64,000 nt of DNA from Octopus sinensis. Lineage: Eukaryota. Position numbers and translations under genes: made by a program. Below, piece after piece: positions 52,089-64,000 of this stretch. How positions within the stretch are numbered: position 1 is the first letter of the stretch; every line of letters starts with the position of its first letter. The stretch is taken from the NCBI RefSeq assembly GCF_006345805.1, contig NC_043022.1, forward strand, positions 7,378,001-7,442,000, written 5' to 3'. Below the pieces are notes generated by a model. It saw only the letters and a program-made list of their open reading frames with translations. It did no database searches and had not been told where the DNA came from.

Positions 52089-52689
52089 CACAGTCACACA
52101 CACACACACACGCACACATAAATGGCCATTCGAAATATTCATTTTAATGTGTTCTGCCTACAATCTTCTTCATTATGTTATCAAATCGATTTCCTTAGCC
52201 AGAAAAATCCATTTTCATCAAAGCCAATGGCTACTCTGTTTTAGCCAATGTCTACGCTGAAATTCAATCGTTTTGTACTTTCACTTTCGTTTTAATAGTT
52301 TTCAGTGTCTAACTAGAAGACGCTAATGACAATGTACACAGAACAATTCTATTAGAGATGTGCAACATCGATCTAATAGTTACAACTTCCAATGTTCTCC
52401 CTCCACCGTATTCATTATCATAGCCAAAAGTCGTCGAGTTGTAATCTACTCTGGTACTATATTTTCTCATTACTAATTGACTTATTCCAATAACATTGTA
52501 CAATATTTTCTGTATGAATAGTGCTTTTCTTCGATTTTTCTTTTAAACTGCTTTAGTAATTTTTTTTTTCTTTTATTTCTAAATGCGAAAAAAGAAGGAA
52601 AAATCCGCCGCTCCGATTGTGTACATATTATGAAAGCCTCCGCCACATCTCTGTAGTCATTTCGTGTTTGGATTTCTTTCTTTGAAAGA

Positions 52690-53091
52690 ATTAAGAATCA
52701 TATTGTCAAAGCGCTGTGTCTGCCTTTTGTAAACTCACAGGCAAAAACGCGTGAACTTTCCATAGACATACATGCATACATACACACAGACACACGCACA
52801 TAATACATGCATACAGATATACATACATAATACATAGACACACATACAAGCATACAGATATAGATATATACACATACACTTAGAGACACACGTATATGAT
52901 ATTTTGTGTTTGTACAATAGTGCAATATATGTATGTATATGAATACATACGCACTCACAATTATATATATATATAAAAATATATATATATATATACACCG
53001 ATAACTTTGTGTGCATATATGTATATATAGACATAGATAAACTTGTGTGTGTGTATATATATATATTTATATATATATACATATATATTAC

Positions 53092-53132
<41 letters not shown>

Positions 53133-53480
53133 CATATATATATATATATACACATATATATATACATAAATATATATGCATATATATATATATGTATATG
53201 TATAATATTATATGTATATATATATATATTAGTATAGGTATATATATATAATATATAATTTATATATACATATATATATATATAACACATATAATATACA
53301 TAAATATATATGCATATATATATATATGTATATGTATATATATGTATATGTATATATATATAATGTATATGTATATATATATATATGTATTGTATTTGTA
53401 TATGTATATATATATGTATATGTATGTATATATATAATATATATATATTTAAATATATATATATGTATATATATATATAA
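52690..53480. repeat. (AT)-rich microsatellite
   Basis: Directly visible. Confidence 0.9.
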
Positions 53481-53496
53481 GTACCATTTGTTTTAA

Positions 53497-53993
53497 GAGA
53501 TTAAAATTATATTCCCTGGAGCGTAGGCGGGAAAGATATGCCATAATATACATCTGGAAGATCCTGGAGGGAAGTGTCCTGAACTTTGGCATCGAGAGTT
53601 ACGCAAATGCCAGAACTGGGCGCCACTGCGTGGTGCCTAGGACTCCAAACCTGCCATCAAGATGTAGGACAAGATTCTGTGATAGCCTGGGCTTCCGAGG
53701 CCCACAGCTCTTCAATATCCTCCCGAAGAACCTGAGAGACCTGCATGGGGTGGATACAGATGTCTTTAAAATGAAGCTGGATCTCTTCCTGTCAGGTGTC
53801 CCAGATGAACCAACTTCACGGCAGGAGGGGCAGATGAGGGCAGCTGCATCGAACTCTCTCATGCACCAAATAGCAGTTGCTAGAAAGCCTCCATGAAGTG
53901 AAACCAAGTAGCAACACCAAATGGCGGTGCCCCAGCATGGCCACAGCTCATAAGCTGAAACTAGAATCAATCAATCAATCAATCAATCAATCA
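53497..53993 (+). mobile_element. CR1-group LINE 3' end with (AATC)n tail
   Basis: [25 protein letters not shown]...GPQLFNILPKNLR...FKMKLDLFL; stop at 53896. Confidence 0.95.
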
Positions 53994-54559
53994 TATATAT
54001 GTATATATGTATATATATATATATATGGAGAGAGAGAGAGTTAGAGAGAGACATAGACAGATGTATGTGTGTGTGTATGTGTATGTGTACGTGTGTGCAT
54101 TTACATATACATGTATACGTGTGTGAATCTTAGTCGAATATGTCGCTTCTATGAAGTACAAACTCTTACTATGTAAGTAAATATTTATCTGAGAGATAAA
54201 TCCTTTTTTCAAGTCCTTTTGTTTTATAACAAACTTTTGTTTTATGTTGGAAGGACGAAGTGGTTGGGGTGGCAGGCACAGTGGCTATTTGTGGTTCATG
54301 TTTCAACTTATGATCTTGCTTCGCTATCCGTCCTTACTGTTTGTAGCGGCCACACAGACACAGATGTAGTTCTGGTTAATGAGAGATTGAAGATGGAATA
54401 TGCGAGAGTCTTTGTTAATCACTACAGCTGTTTCGTGACATGTAGCATCGATCCATCTTCCGTCTTTGATGAACCAGATGCGTAACGAACACTGCGAAAG
54501 TGATTGCACTTCACTAGTAAGCTACCATTTGTTTTAATAATCTAATATCTTATACACAT

Positions 54560-54979
54560 AGGCGTAGAAGTGGCTGTGTGGTAAGTAGCTTGCTTACAAA
54601 CCACATGGTTCCGGGTTCAGTCCCACTGCGTGACACTTTGGGCAAGTGGCTTCTACTAGAGCCTCGGGCCGACCAATGCCTTGTGAGTGGATTTGGTAGA
54701 CGGAATCTGAAAGAAGCCCATCGTATATGTGTATATACATATGCATGTGTGTGTGTGTGTGTGTGTGTATACGTTTGTGTGTCAGTGTTTGTCCCCCTAA
54801 CATCGCTTGACAACCGATGCTGGTGTGTTTACGTCCCCGTAAATTAGCGGTTCGGCAAACGAGACCGATAGAATAAGTACTAGGCTTCCGAAGAATAAGT
54901 TCTGGGGGCGATTTGCTCGACTAAAGGCGGTGCTCCAGTATGGCCAGAGTCAAATGACTAAAACAAGTAAAAGAGTAAA
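54560..54979 (+). mobile_element. Full-length SINE family B
   Basis: Matches 29284-29783. Confidence 0.95.
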
Positions 54980-54999
54980 GCGTACACACACACACATAT

Positions 55000-55054
<55 letters not shown>

Positions 55055-55066
55055 AATAATAATAAT

Positions 55067-55288
55067 ACATAACAAAAACACCAGGACTTACAAACACATA
55101 TAACATACAGAAAATTACACTACTAGGCACTGCACACATCCTACGCAGAACACTTTCCATACAATAACCATCAGAGCATCACAACAAATCACAGCACATA
55201 CCCAAGGCACACAGAGCTGTGCTCGGTAGTGAAGTGAAAGCACGCTATAAAAATAAAACTACTGAATGATAATAATAATAATAATAAT
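55067..55288 (+). mobile_element. R4/Dong-like LINE 3' end embedded in (TAA)n
   Basis: IQKITLLGTAHILRRTLSIQ* resembles the C-terminus of restriction-like-endonuclease LINEs; TAA repeats on both sides. Confidence 0.75.
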
Positions 55289-55764
55289 ACCACAGATTTG
55301 CTTGTCAGTTGTTTGACCTTAACCAGTTGAGCATGTCCCTTAGTGGCTGACGATATGTGCATCTCTGATCACCAGCAGAAGTAGTGGGGGAGCATCATAG
55401 CCATGTGTTGAGAGGGATTCTTTGGGGTTTGAATAGTTCACCTCTGGAAACATGGTGGTTCTTTCAACATCCTTAAACAACCCTTATTCAGGGACCGTTT
55501 GAGCGGGATGGGCTACTCGACCTGAAGAAAATTCTAACTGGGCCCCACCTGCAAGGTCATGTGCTGTTTATCTTGATATGAGATCACCATTTCGCGCACA
55601 TATGGCTGTGATGCATGTGCCTGGTGTACCCTATCAGACGGGAGTCATGATGGGTATACTGGGCTTCGTATATTTTACCCCAGTGTCACTTTATGGCATG
55701 AACTGCTCTCTCACTCAATAATAATAATAATAATAATATAATAATAATAATAATAATAATATTG

Positions 55765-55797
<33 letters not shown>

Positions 55798-55805
55798 GTG
55801 ATAAT

Positions 55806-55841
<36 letters not shown>

Positions 55842-55850
55842 TATAATATT
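55289..55850 (+). mobile_element. LINE 3' UTR with long (AAT)n tail, probably R4/Dong-like
   Basis: Shares its 3' end with 19915-20085; inserted in a TAA array; clade assignment is inferred. Confidence 0.55.
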
Positions 55851-56339
55851 ATAAAAGCAAAAAGAGGTGTGTGATTCTAACATGCTTACATTATACATGC
55901 CAAGCCATGAAATATAAATACAGTATAAATGCTTGCAAGCGAAGTAATTTAAGTGCTTAAGAAGCCATCAAACCCACCTAGTGAATGTTTCCGGATATCA
56001 TTTTACATTATGTTGCTTACATTTTAGGAGGAAGGGAGCTTGAACCAAGTCAGTTCAAATGACGTTAATATTTCACTTATTTTACTTCGATAACGTCTTA
56101 GGTTTCTGTTGTAATTTGTTGTTAAGTGAAGACCGTTAAGATATTTAATGTGGTGAGGAAGAGATGTTTAATGTATATTTGGAGTCAATTATTATTATGC
56201 ACTTAAGGAGAAAATGGTTAGTGTTAATGATAATTATCGGCAAAAGTAAACAATTTTGAAATGAAAATTAATTGAAAATTAAATGGAAATATCCAGTTCC
56301 ATTTTTCTGCTCCTGTTCCCTCTTCCCCTTCTTCCTCTT

Positions 56340-56449
56340 CTTCCTCTTCTTCATCATCATCACCGTCATTATCAGCACCGTTGACCGTCATTAGTGTTGG
56401 CGCCTTCGGTACACCCGATATTGTCATAATTACCACCATCATCATTATC

Positions 56450-56513
<64 letters not shown>

Positions 56514-57790
56514 GCATCAACCTCTTCGTAATCAACATCATCATCGTCATCATCATTATCGCCAACGTCGTCGTCGTCGTCATCATCCTCGTCGACATCA
56601 TCGTCACCATCATCCCCGTCGTCGCCATTTGCATAATTTTCATCACTCTCATTGTCATCATCATCACCAACATCGTCATCACCTTCATCATCATCATCAT
56701 CATCATCATCGTCATTTTCATCATTTTGATCATTCTCATCATCATCACCAACACCGTCATCACCTTCATTATCATCATCATCATCATCATCATCATCATT
56801 TGCATCATTTCGATCATTCTCGACATCATCATCTTCATCATCATTATCGCCATCATCACCAGCATCATCATCATAATCATCACCATCATCACCACCACCA
56901 CCACCACCACCACCACCACCAACACCACCACCACCACCACCACTATCATCATCATCATCATCATCATCCTAATCAGTGAGCCTAATTGTCTGCCGTTATT
57001 TGTTGAGATTGCTTGCAGCTAACGCCATGTTGCTCTCTTTGCATGGATTCTTTTGATGACGGTGATGACGATGAAGACGGTGATGACGATGAAGACGGTG
57101 ATGACGATGAAGACGGTGATGACGATGAAGACGGTGATGACGATGAAGACGGTGATGACGATGAAGACGGTGATGACGATGAAGACGGTGATGACGATGA
57201 AGACGGTGATGACGATGAAGACGGTGATGACGATGAAGACGGTGATGACAATGAAGACGGTGATGGCGGGACGTGATGATGATGATGCTGATGATGGCTG
57301 TGGTGGTCACAGGAATGATGAAGACGGTGGTGTCGGAGGAGGGTGTAGGATGCTGATGATGATGATGGTTGTGGTGGTCACAGGAATGCTGAAGACAGTG
57401 GTGTCGGAAGAGGGTGTAGGATGCTGATGATGATGAGGGTAAAGATGGTGGGGTGATGATGATGATGGCTGTGGTGGTCACAGGAATGATGAAGACGGTG
57501 GTGTCGGAGGAGGGTGTAGGATGCTGATGATGATGAGGGTAAAGATGGTGGGGTGATGATGATGATGGTTGTGGTGGTCACAGGAATAGTGAAGACAGTG
57601 GTGTCGGGGGAGGTATGATTATGATGATAATGATGATGAAGATGATGACGACGACGATGAAGATGGTGGTGGGATGACTATGATGATAATGATGAAGATG
57701 GTTATAGTGATGACTGGGATGATGAAGACGGTGGTGTCGGAGGTGGATGATGATGATGATGATGACGATGACGGGGAAAATGGTGGGAGG

Positions 57791-57852
<62 letters not shown>

Positions 57853-57890
57853 TACTACTACTACTATTACTACAATGAACTACGACGGCC
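56340..57890. repeat. CAT array followed by GAT arrays, including a perfect 18-bp minisatellite (gacggtgatgacgatgaa, about 10 copies) and ~100-bp tandem units
   Basis: Directly visible. Confidence 0.95.
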
Positions 57891-58389
57891 TCGGCGTCGA
57901 TGTCGACAGCGATGACAAGCATAATGATGAATGCGAACGTGGAAGGTCTACTTGTACTTGAGGCGTACGTGTTTCGTTTCCCGGTCCCAGAAGACTTACT
58001 CTGGGATGCCTATGGTTGTAATTCGGTTGTCAGTTTTTTAATTTATTTAGTTTTGCTTTCCGCTGTTAATTTCTTTTTTCTGTTCTTCGTTTTTTACCGA
58101 ATTTGTTTTGAGGAACAAAAATGTATTAGTACGATAACTGCCGTTCCCCTAACTTCCCTTTTTTTCTTTTTTGTTTTATATATTTTTAAATGATTTATTT
58201 AACTTGTTTTGTTTCTGAGAAAATAAAATATACAAGTACGCCGTTCCTATTTCAATTTGAATATGCAACAAATAGCTTCACCACACCTCTACACTCACCC
58301 CCCCCCCCACACCACACACTGGTTCAGATTATTGCGGCAGGATTCTCTGGAAATTGAGGAAGGGATTGCCATTTCGAAAAGGCTCTGAG

Positions 58390-58900
58390 AGTGGTGGTGG
58401 TGGTGGTGGTGGTGGAGGAGGTGTTGGTGGTGGTGCTGCTGTAGATGTTGGTGGTGGAGGTGGTGGTGGTGGTGGTGTAGGTGTTGTTGGTGGAGGTGTT
58501 GTTGTTGTTGTTGGTAGAGGTGGTGGTGGAGGTGGTGGTGGTGGTGTAGGTGTTGTTGGTGGAGGTGGCGGTGGTGATGTTGGTGGTGGTGTAGGTGTTG
58601 TTGTTGTTGTTGGTAGAGGTGGTTGTAGAGGTGGTGGTGGAGGTGGTGGTGGTGGTTGTGTTATTTGGGTGGTAGGTAGATGGACAGTGAGGAAGAAGGT
58701 TTTGGAGGAGGAAGAGAAGCAGTTGGAAAGATGAGAAAGAGAGAGAGAGAGAGAGAGAGAGAAGAAGTGGAGTGGATCCTCCTCCTCATCATCATCACCA
58801 TTCTACTCCACTTCCTCTGCCTCCTCATCATCATCATTGTTATTGCCAATGCGATCATCGTTGTCATCATTACCATTGTCATCATCATCATCATCACCCC
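58390..58900. repeat. GGT/GTT, AG and CAT low-complexity tracts
   Basis: Directly visible. Confidence 0.9.
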
Positions 58901-59019
58901 ACCAGCTGCGTCCAGGTGGGGGAACCTATACGCCAAGGAAACCGGGAAACCGGCCCTTATGAACCAGGCATGGCTCGAGAAGGAACAAATAAACAAAAAG
59001 CAGAAGGTCTGAAATTCGG

Positions 59020-59860
59020 GAATGGGAGCTAGTTGATCACATCGGCCCCAGTACTTCACTTGTACTTAATTTATCGACCACGAAAGGATGAAACGCAATG
59101 TCGACCTCGGCGGGATTTGAACTCAGAACGTAAAGACGGACGAGATGCCGCTAAGCATTTTAACCGGCGTGCTAACAATTCTTCCAGTTCTCTTATAATA
59201 ATCCTTTCTAATAAAAACACAAGGCCTGAAGTTTTGGACAGGGGCCAGTCGATTACATCAACCCCAGTACGGAACTGGTACTTATTTTTACGACCCCGAA
59301 AGAATGAAAGGCAAAATCGACTTCGGTGGAATTTGAACTCAGAATGTAAAAGCGGACTAAACACCACTAAACAGATTGTCCGGCGTGCTAACGATTCTTC
59401 CGGCCCATCGCGCTTTATAATAATAATGATGATGATGATAATAATATTGGTTTAAAATTGTTGCACATTGCCAGTAATTTTGAAGGAGGAGGTAAGTCGA
59501 TTACCTTGCCCCCAATGCTCAACTGGTACTTATTTTAAGGACCCCGAAATGATGAAAGTGAAAGGTAAAGTCGACACCAGCTGCATTTGAACTCAGAACG
59601 AAAAGACGGAAGAAATGCTAGTGCGAAATTTTCTGGTGCGTTAATCATTCTGCCAGCTCTCTGCCTCAATAGACTTTCCTGCTAAATTTACAAGGCCTGA
59701 ATGTTTGTGGGAGGCGACTAGTTGATTACATCCACCCTACTGCTACTTAAGTTACCGGCCCCGAAAGGATGCAAGGCAAAGTCGACCTCGGCGAAATTTG
59801 AACTCAGAACGTAAAGACGGGACGAAATGACATGTTAACGATTCTGCCAGCTCGACGACT
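59020..59860 (-). mobile_element. Four head-to-tail SINE family A copies
   Basis: Repeated gaaaggcaaagtcgacctcggcg.aatttgaactcagaacgtaaagacgg. Confidence 0.9.
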
Positions 59861-60204
59861 TAACCCTTCGTGGGACGGCGGGGTTGGAATTACACAAAAG
59901 GCCATTGGGGTACCGCACTATCCATAAAGAAACATTTGTTTAATCTTGTATATAATCTTGTATATATGTGTGAGTGCATGATACAGAACAAGTAATTTAG
60001 CATTTAATAGGTATATGGTTGTAATTATTAGTGTTTAATGAAGTGGAATTAAAATATAATTTATTGACTGAAAAATAAAACCTTTATTGAAAGAAATCAA
60101 CATTTTTCATAGTTTTATAAACTATAAATATAACACTAAATATCAAATAAAACAAAGTTATTTAGTATATTGATTCATATCAGTACACGGAAACCCCCTT
60201 CACG

Positions 60205-60484
60205 AATGACCATAGGATTGCTCTTAGAAAGTTACCCTCCAAGGCACAAGCCCAGGCAAGGTTGTTTATGGAAGACCAGCAGTCGTCCACGCATACCGGC
60301 CGCCCCACTCCACGCCACCAGTGTTATCCATGGGAAAGGGAAAGGCAAAGGACGATACAGCCTGGCACCAGTGATGTCGCAACTCATTTCTACAGCTGAG
60401 TGAACTGGAGCAACGTGAAATAAAGTGTCTTGCTCAAGAACACAACACGTAATCCGGCTCAGGAATCAAACTCAACCTCACGAT
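60205..60484 (-). mobile_element. SINE family D
   Basis: Matches 3875-4175 and 47985-48256. Confidence 0.9.
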
Positions 60485-60628
60485 GAAGTCGTTGAAGGCG
60501 TGTTTGGCATCGTCTAGGTTGTTGAAGCATTTCTCACGCAGGAAGTTGTCGAGATGCTTGAAAAAGTGGTAGTCAGCAGGCGAGAGATCTGGTGAGTATG
60601 GCGGATGAGGCAGAGTTTCGTATACATT
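60483..60628 (-). mobile_element. Mariner transposase C-terminal fragment between two SINE D segments
   Basis: ETLPHPPYSPDLSPADYHFFKHLDNFL (YSPDLAP motif with third catalytic D). Confidence 0.95.
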
Positions 60629-61479
60629 TCTGTCAGCTGAATGGACTGGAGCAAGGTGAAATAAAGTGTCTTGCTGAAGGACACAACACACCGTTGGGAA
60701 TCGAACTCGCGTCCTTACGATCGTGAACCGAATATCTTAACCACAAGTAGAATTACATATATATATGGAGGGCACCAAAATCTTTTAAGCGCTTAGAGCC
60801 TCTGAAGATCTTAGTCTGTCCCTGCTTAAACCACAGTTAAGCAAGATCAGCGTTGAGGTGTGCCTACAACAAATACAATTACCAGATACAATAAAAAAAG
60901 CGATATTAAACCGATTTTTTTCTCAAACTACTAAAATACAAACTACAGAAAAATACAAACAGAACATTGATAATTTCTCAATCTCTGTTCTAGTTTACAA
61001 TTTTGGTTTCTAAACATCATAGGGATGGAATGCAAAACAAGAAGGCTACGCAGCGCTTTTGGTATGCGCCATGGAGAACTCTGGCGTCATTTGGCTGTAA
61101 GTGAAAAGGAAAACTACTTACGCAAACACAACTACAAATTGATATAAAACTTAAATGGAGCCTGATCTTATCTGTTTGTTCAAGAAGGACGAGAGTGTTT
61201 AGTAAAAATATTATCGCAAAAATAAATTTGCAAAGAAAAAAAACACAAAAAATGTCCTCAACTTCAACCAAGACGTCACAAAGTGTCGCCACGTCTCATC
61301 GAGAATACACGCGCAGCTATGACAAATATCTATCACCAAACACCGATTTGGAAATTTGTGCGAGATTGCTCTAACACGCGATCGAAAACGTAGCGGAAAA
61401 TAATTATAGATTGGTTCATGTGAGCGCTTGAATACCAATGCAGTATTAGTACCAGTTCCTTCTATGGTCTCGAGCATGT

Positions 61480-61840
61480 CGATCCCATGCTGGAGCACCA
61501 CCTTGAAGAATTTTTGTTGAACGAACCGACACCACTAGTATTTGTTTTTTAAGCCTGATATTTAAGCCATCGATTTATTTTGCCGAACAGCTAAGTTACG
61601 GGAACGTAAACACAAAATCCCCGTTCATGAAGTGACATACACACACACACACATACACATGCACGCACGCACAGATATATACTTATATATTTACTATGGG
61701 CTTATTTCAGCTTCCGTCTAGCAAATCCACTCTCAACTCCTTTTTTTCGGCCCGAGGCTATAGTGGGAGACGCCAGCCTAAAGTGTCACGCAGTGGGACT
61801 GAACCTGAAACCATAAGGTTGGGAAGCAAACTTCCTACCC
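61480..61840 (-). mobile_element. SINE family B, degenerate
   Basis: catgctggagcaccacc tail and cgcagtgggactgaacc head on the reverse strand. Confidence 0.8.
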
Positions 61841-62444
61841 CATGTTGGTGCAGAGGGCGATTCAGATGTCATGAAGCGCGTCAGAGCGATTTCGAAAGAA
61901 CAAAATCTGTTTTTAGATAAAGCAAGTAACTGAACCCTTTTTAATCAAAGCATCTGCTCCAGCTGGGCTGACCCTGGGCTAAATCTTAATAGCAATAACA
62001 AAGAACAAATGCATCATCATTATCATCTTTCTCATCGATATCTTCAACACCAGCAGCAGCAGTAGCAGTAAGAAAATTGAAATCACCATCGTCGCCGACC
62101 AATTCCACTCCATCCCCTCTTCCTTATCATCATCATCATCATCGTCATCATCATCGTCTTCGTCTTCGTCGTCGCCGACTTCGTGTTCAGTATTCGTAGT
62201 AAGTGTTCTAAAATCTGTTTTCATCGTCACCGTCATCCTCCTGTTTATGCACATCATTATTATCTCCATCACCATCATCATCACCTGCATCAACAACAGC
62301 GGCAGCATCCTCAGCAATATAGGTGCAATCGCCGTCGTCGCCGTCTTCCTCCTCCTTATCATCATCATCAGCATCAACACCTGATCGTTGTAGGAGGGTA
62401 ACACCGGTTTCCTTATATTCCTTATAATATTGATACTAATCAAA

Positions 62445-62552
62445 GGCGGTGAGATGGCAGAAACGTTAGCCCGCCGGGCTAAATGCTTAATCCCCCTAAT
62501 CTGGCCCCCTCCCTAAACAATTTCGGGCCTTGTGTCTAGAGTTGGAAAGAAT
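62445..62552 (+). mobile_element. Internally deleted SINE family A (head joined to tail)
   Basis: aaggcggtgagatggcagaaacgttagc...ggccccctccc...tttcgggccttgtgtctagag. Confidence 0.8.
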
Positions 62553-63194
62553 ATAAATACTAATCAGTAATCAAAGAAAACCCTTTCGGAATGAAAGGCT
62601 AGAATTCGGCAATATGGAACCAGTTGGATATTTCTAAATACAAGAAATTTATCGAGCTAAATTTGGTACGTCATGTGTTTCGCATTTATATTATCTAAAG
62701 TATTTAGTGACTCCAGTAATTTTCTTCAAATTCGGATTAATTAGTGAACAGTGTGGATTTGTTGTGAAGTTGTGCTTGCGGTTGTGTAAAGTTAAGTATG
62801 GTCTAAGTCGATAGAAAAATCCTCCTCGATCTGCTATACTTAAACGCCATGCCAGGGGTTTTGCTTCATTGTTGAATTCTATGTCTACTATAATCACTCA
62901 CTCCCCTTTCTCTAAATATATGTATATATATATATATATATGCATGTATGTATGTAAGTGTATATGCATGTATGTAGCTATGAATGTGTACATGCATATA
63001 TACACATATGTACGTATGCATATCTATCTATCAATCTCTCTATATATATCATATATATATCTCATATATATATATGATAGATATATATATATCTCATATA
63101 TATTATATGATAGATATATATATATCTCATATATATATATGATATATACATATGATATATATATCATTATATATATATCAAATATATAAATATC

Positions 63195-63235
<41 letters not shown>

Positions 63236-64000
63236 TATACACGCACGCATAAATATGCCTATGTGCGTACTTAGACAAACTAATCTGCTTCATTTTTACA
63301 ATTATTTTCTGTTTTTCAACACTGGTTATATACCTACATACATAAATGCAGCATACAACACACAGAAACACACACACATGTATATATATATGTGTGTGTG
63401 GGTATATGTATATGATTATACAGCTATACTACTAGTCGATCGCTAAAATAAGCCATAATCTTGTCCAACGTTCTCTGCAAACATTTAAAGCGCTAATATT
63501 ATATACCTAATCCTTTCAGCATTATGAAAAAAACGAACACGAATACTCACACACAAACATTTACACACAGAGCTACTGAGAGAGGCGAACGTATACACAT
63601 AACCAGAGCCTGCCTTTCTGTGAATTAAAACTGGCTATTTCTAACATCTGTGATTATGTTTGGATATAAAATGAAGCTCTGCTTCGTACTGAAACATCAG
63701 CAGATACGAGCGCGTCTTATTAGCCAGGATATAGCAAAAAACAACATGTAAACAACCGTTTCTAATTATCTTGAATATAAAAATAACAGCCATGTTTGTC
63801 TCATGTAGTTGGACATAAAATGTACACCGCTTGAGCACATACATATAAACCATATATGTACACACACATATATGAATGTGTGTATTGTATGTGTGTGTTC
63901 AGAGAGTGAGTGAAGGATTTATATATATATATATATATAATATATATATAATATATATAATATATATATATATATTCTTCACTCACAGAGAGAGATATAC

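Noticed and set aside
54324-54509. Immunoglobulin-like domain (WFIKDG...NYICVCVAATNSKDG)
   Set aside because: W-to-C spacing fits, but the first Cys is misplaced, the DxGxY motif is absent and there are no convincing splice sites
57013-57276. Acidic DEDGDD repeat protein
   Set aside because: An 18-bp minisatellite open in several frames
61048-61096. Tyrosine-recombinase-like motif (FGMRHGEL)
   Set aside because: Short chance-level match with no other recombinase motifs nearby

Overview
Repeat-dominated, AT-rich eukaryotic DNA with no recognisable complete host gene. The tRNA-derived SINE families and dense (AT)n/(CA)n/(ATC)n repeats point to a cephalopod, most likely Octopus (inferred from recalled repeat families, not searched). 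Almost all listed ORFs are artefacts of simple repeats. Supported content: a near-complete frameshifted Penelope-like retroelement (PLE; RT plus GIY-YIG endonuclease, ~34.8-38.4 kb), fragments of RTE, CR1-like and R4/Dong-like LINEs, mariner transposase fragments, Tc1/pogo-type and piggyBac-type MITEs, Helitron-like elements, four SINE families (named A-D here) and a decayed tRNA-Thr. The main unexplained signal is a recurring architecture of long fold-back palindromes and minimal type I hammerhead-ribozyme (HHR) motifs from several unrelated sequence families. One HHR has an intact core (18117-18177) and lies in the loop of a ~650-bp inverted repeat. Together these suggest a PLE-driven population of non-autonomous, ribozyme-bearing hairpin elements.
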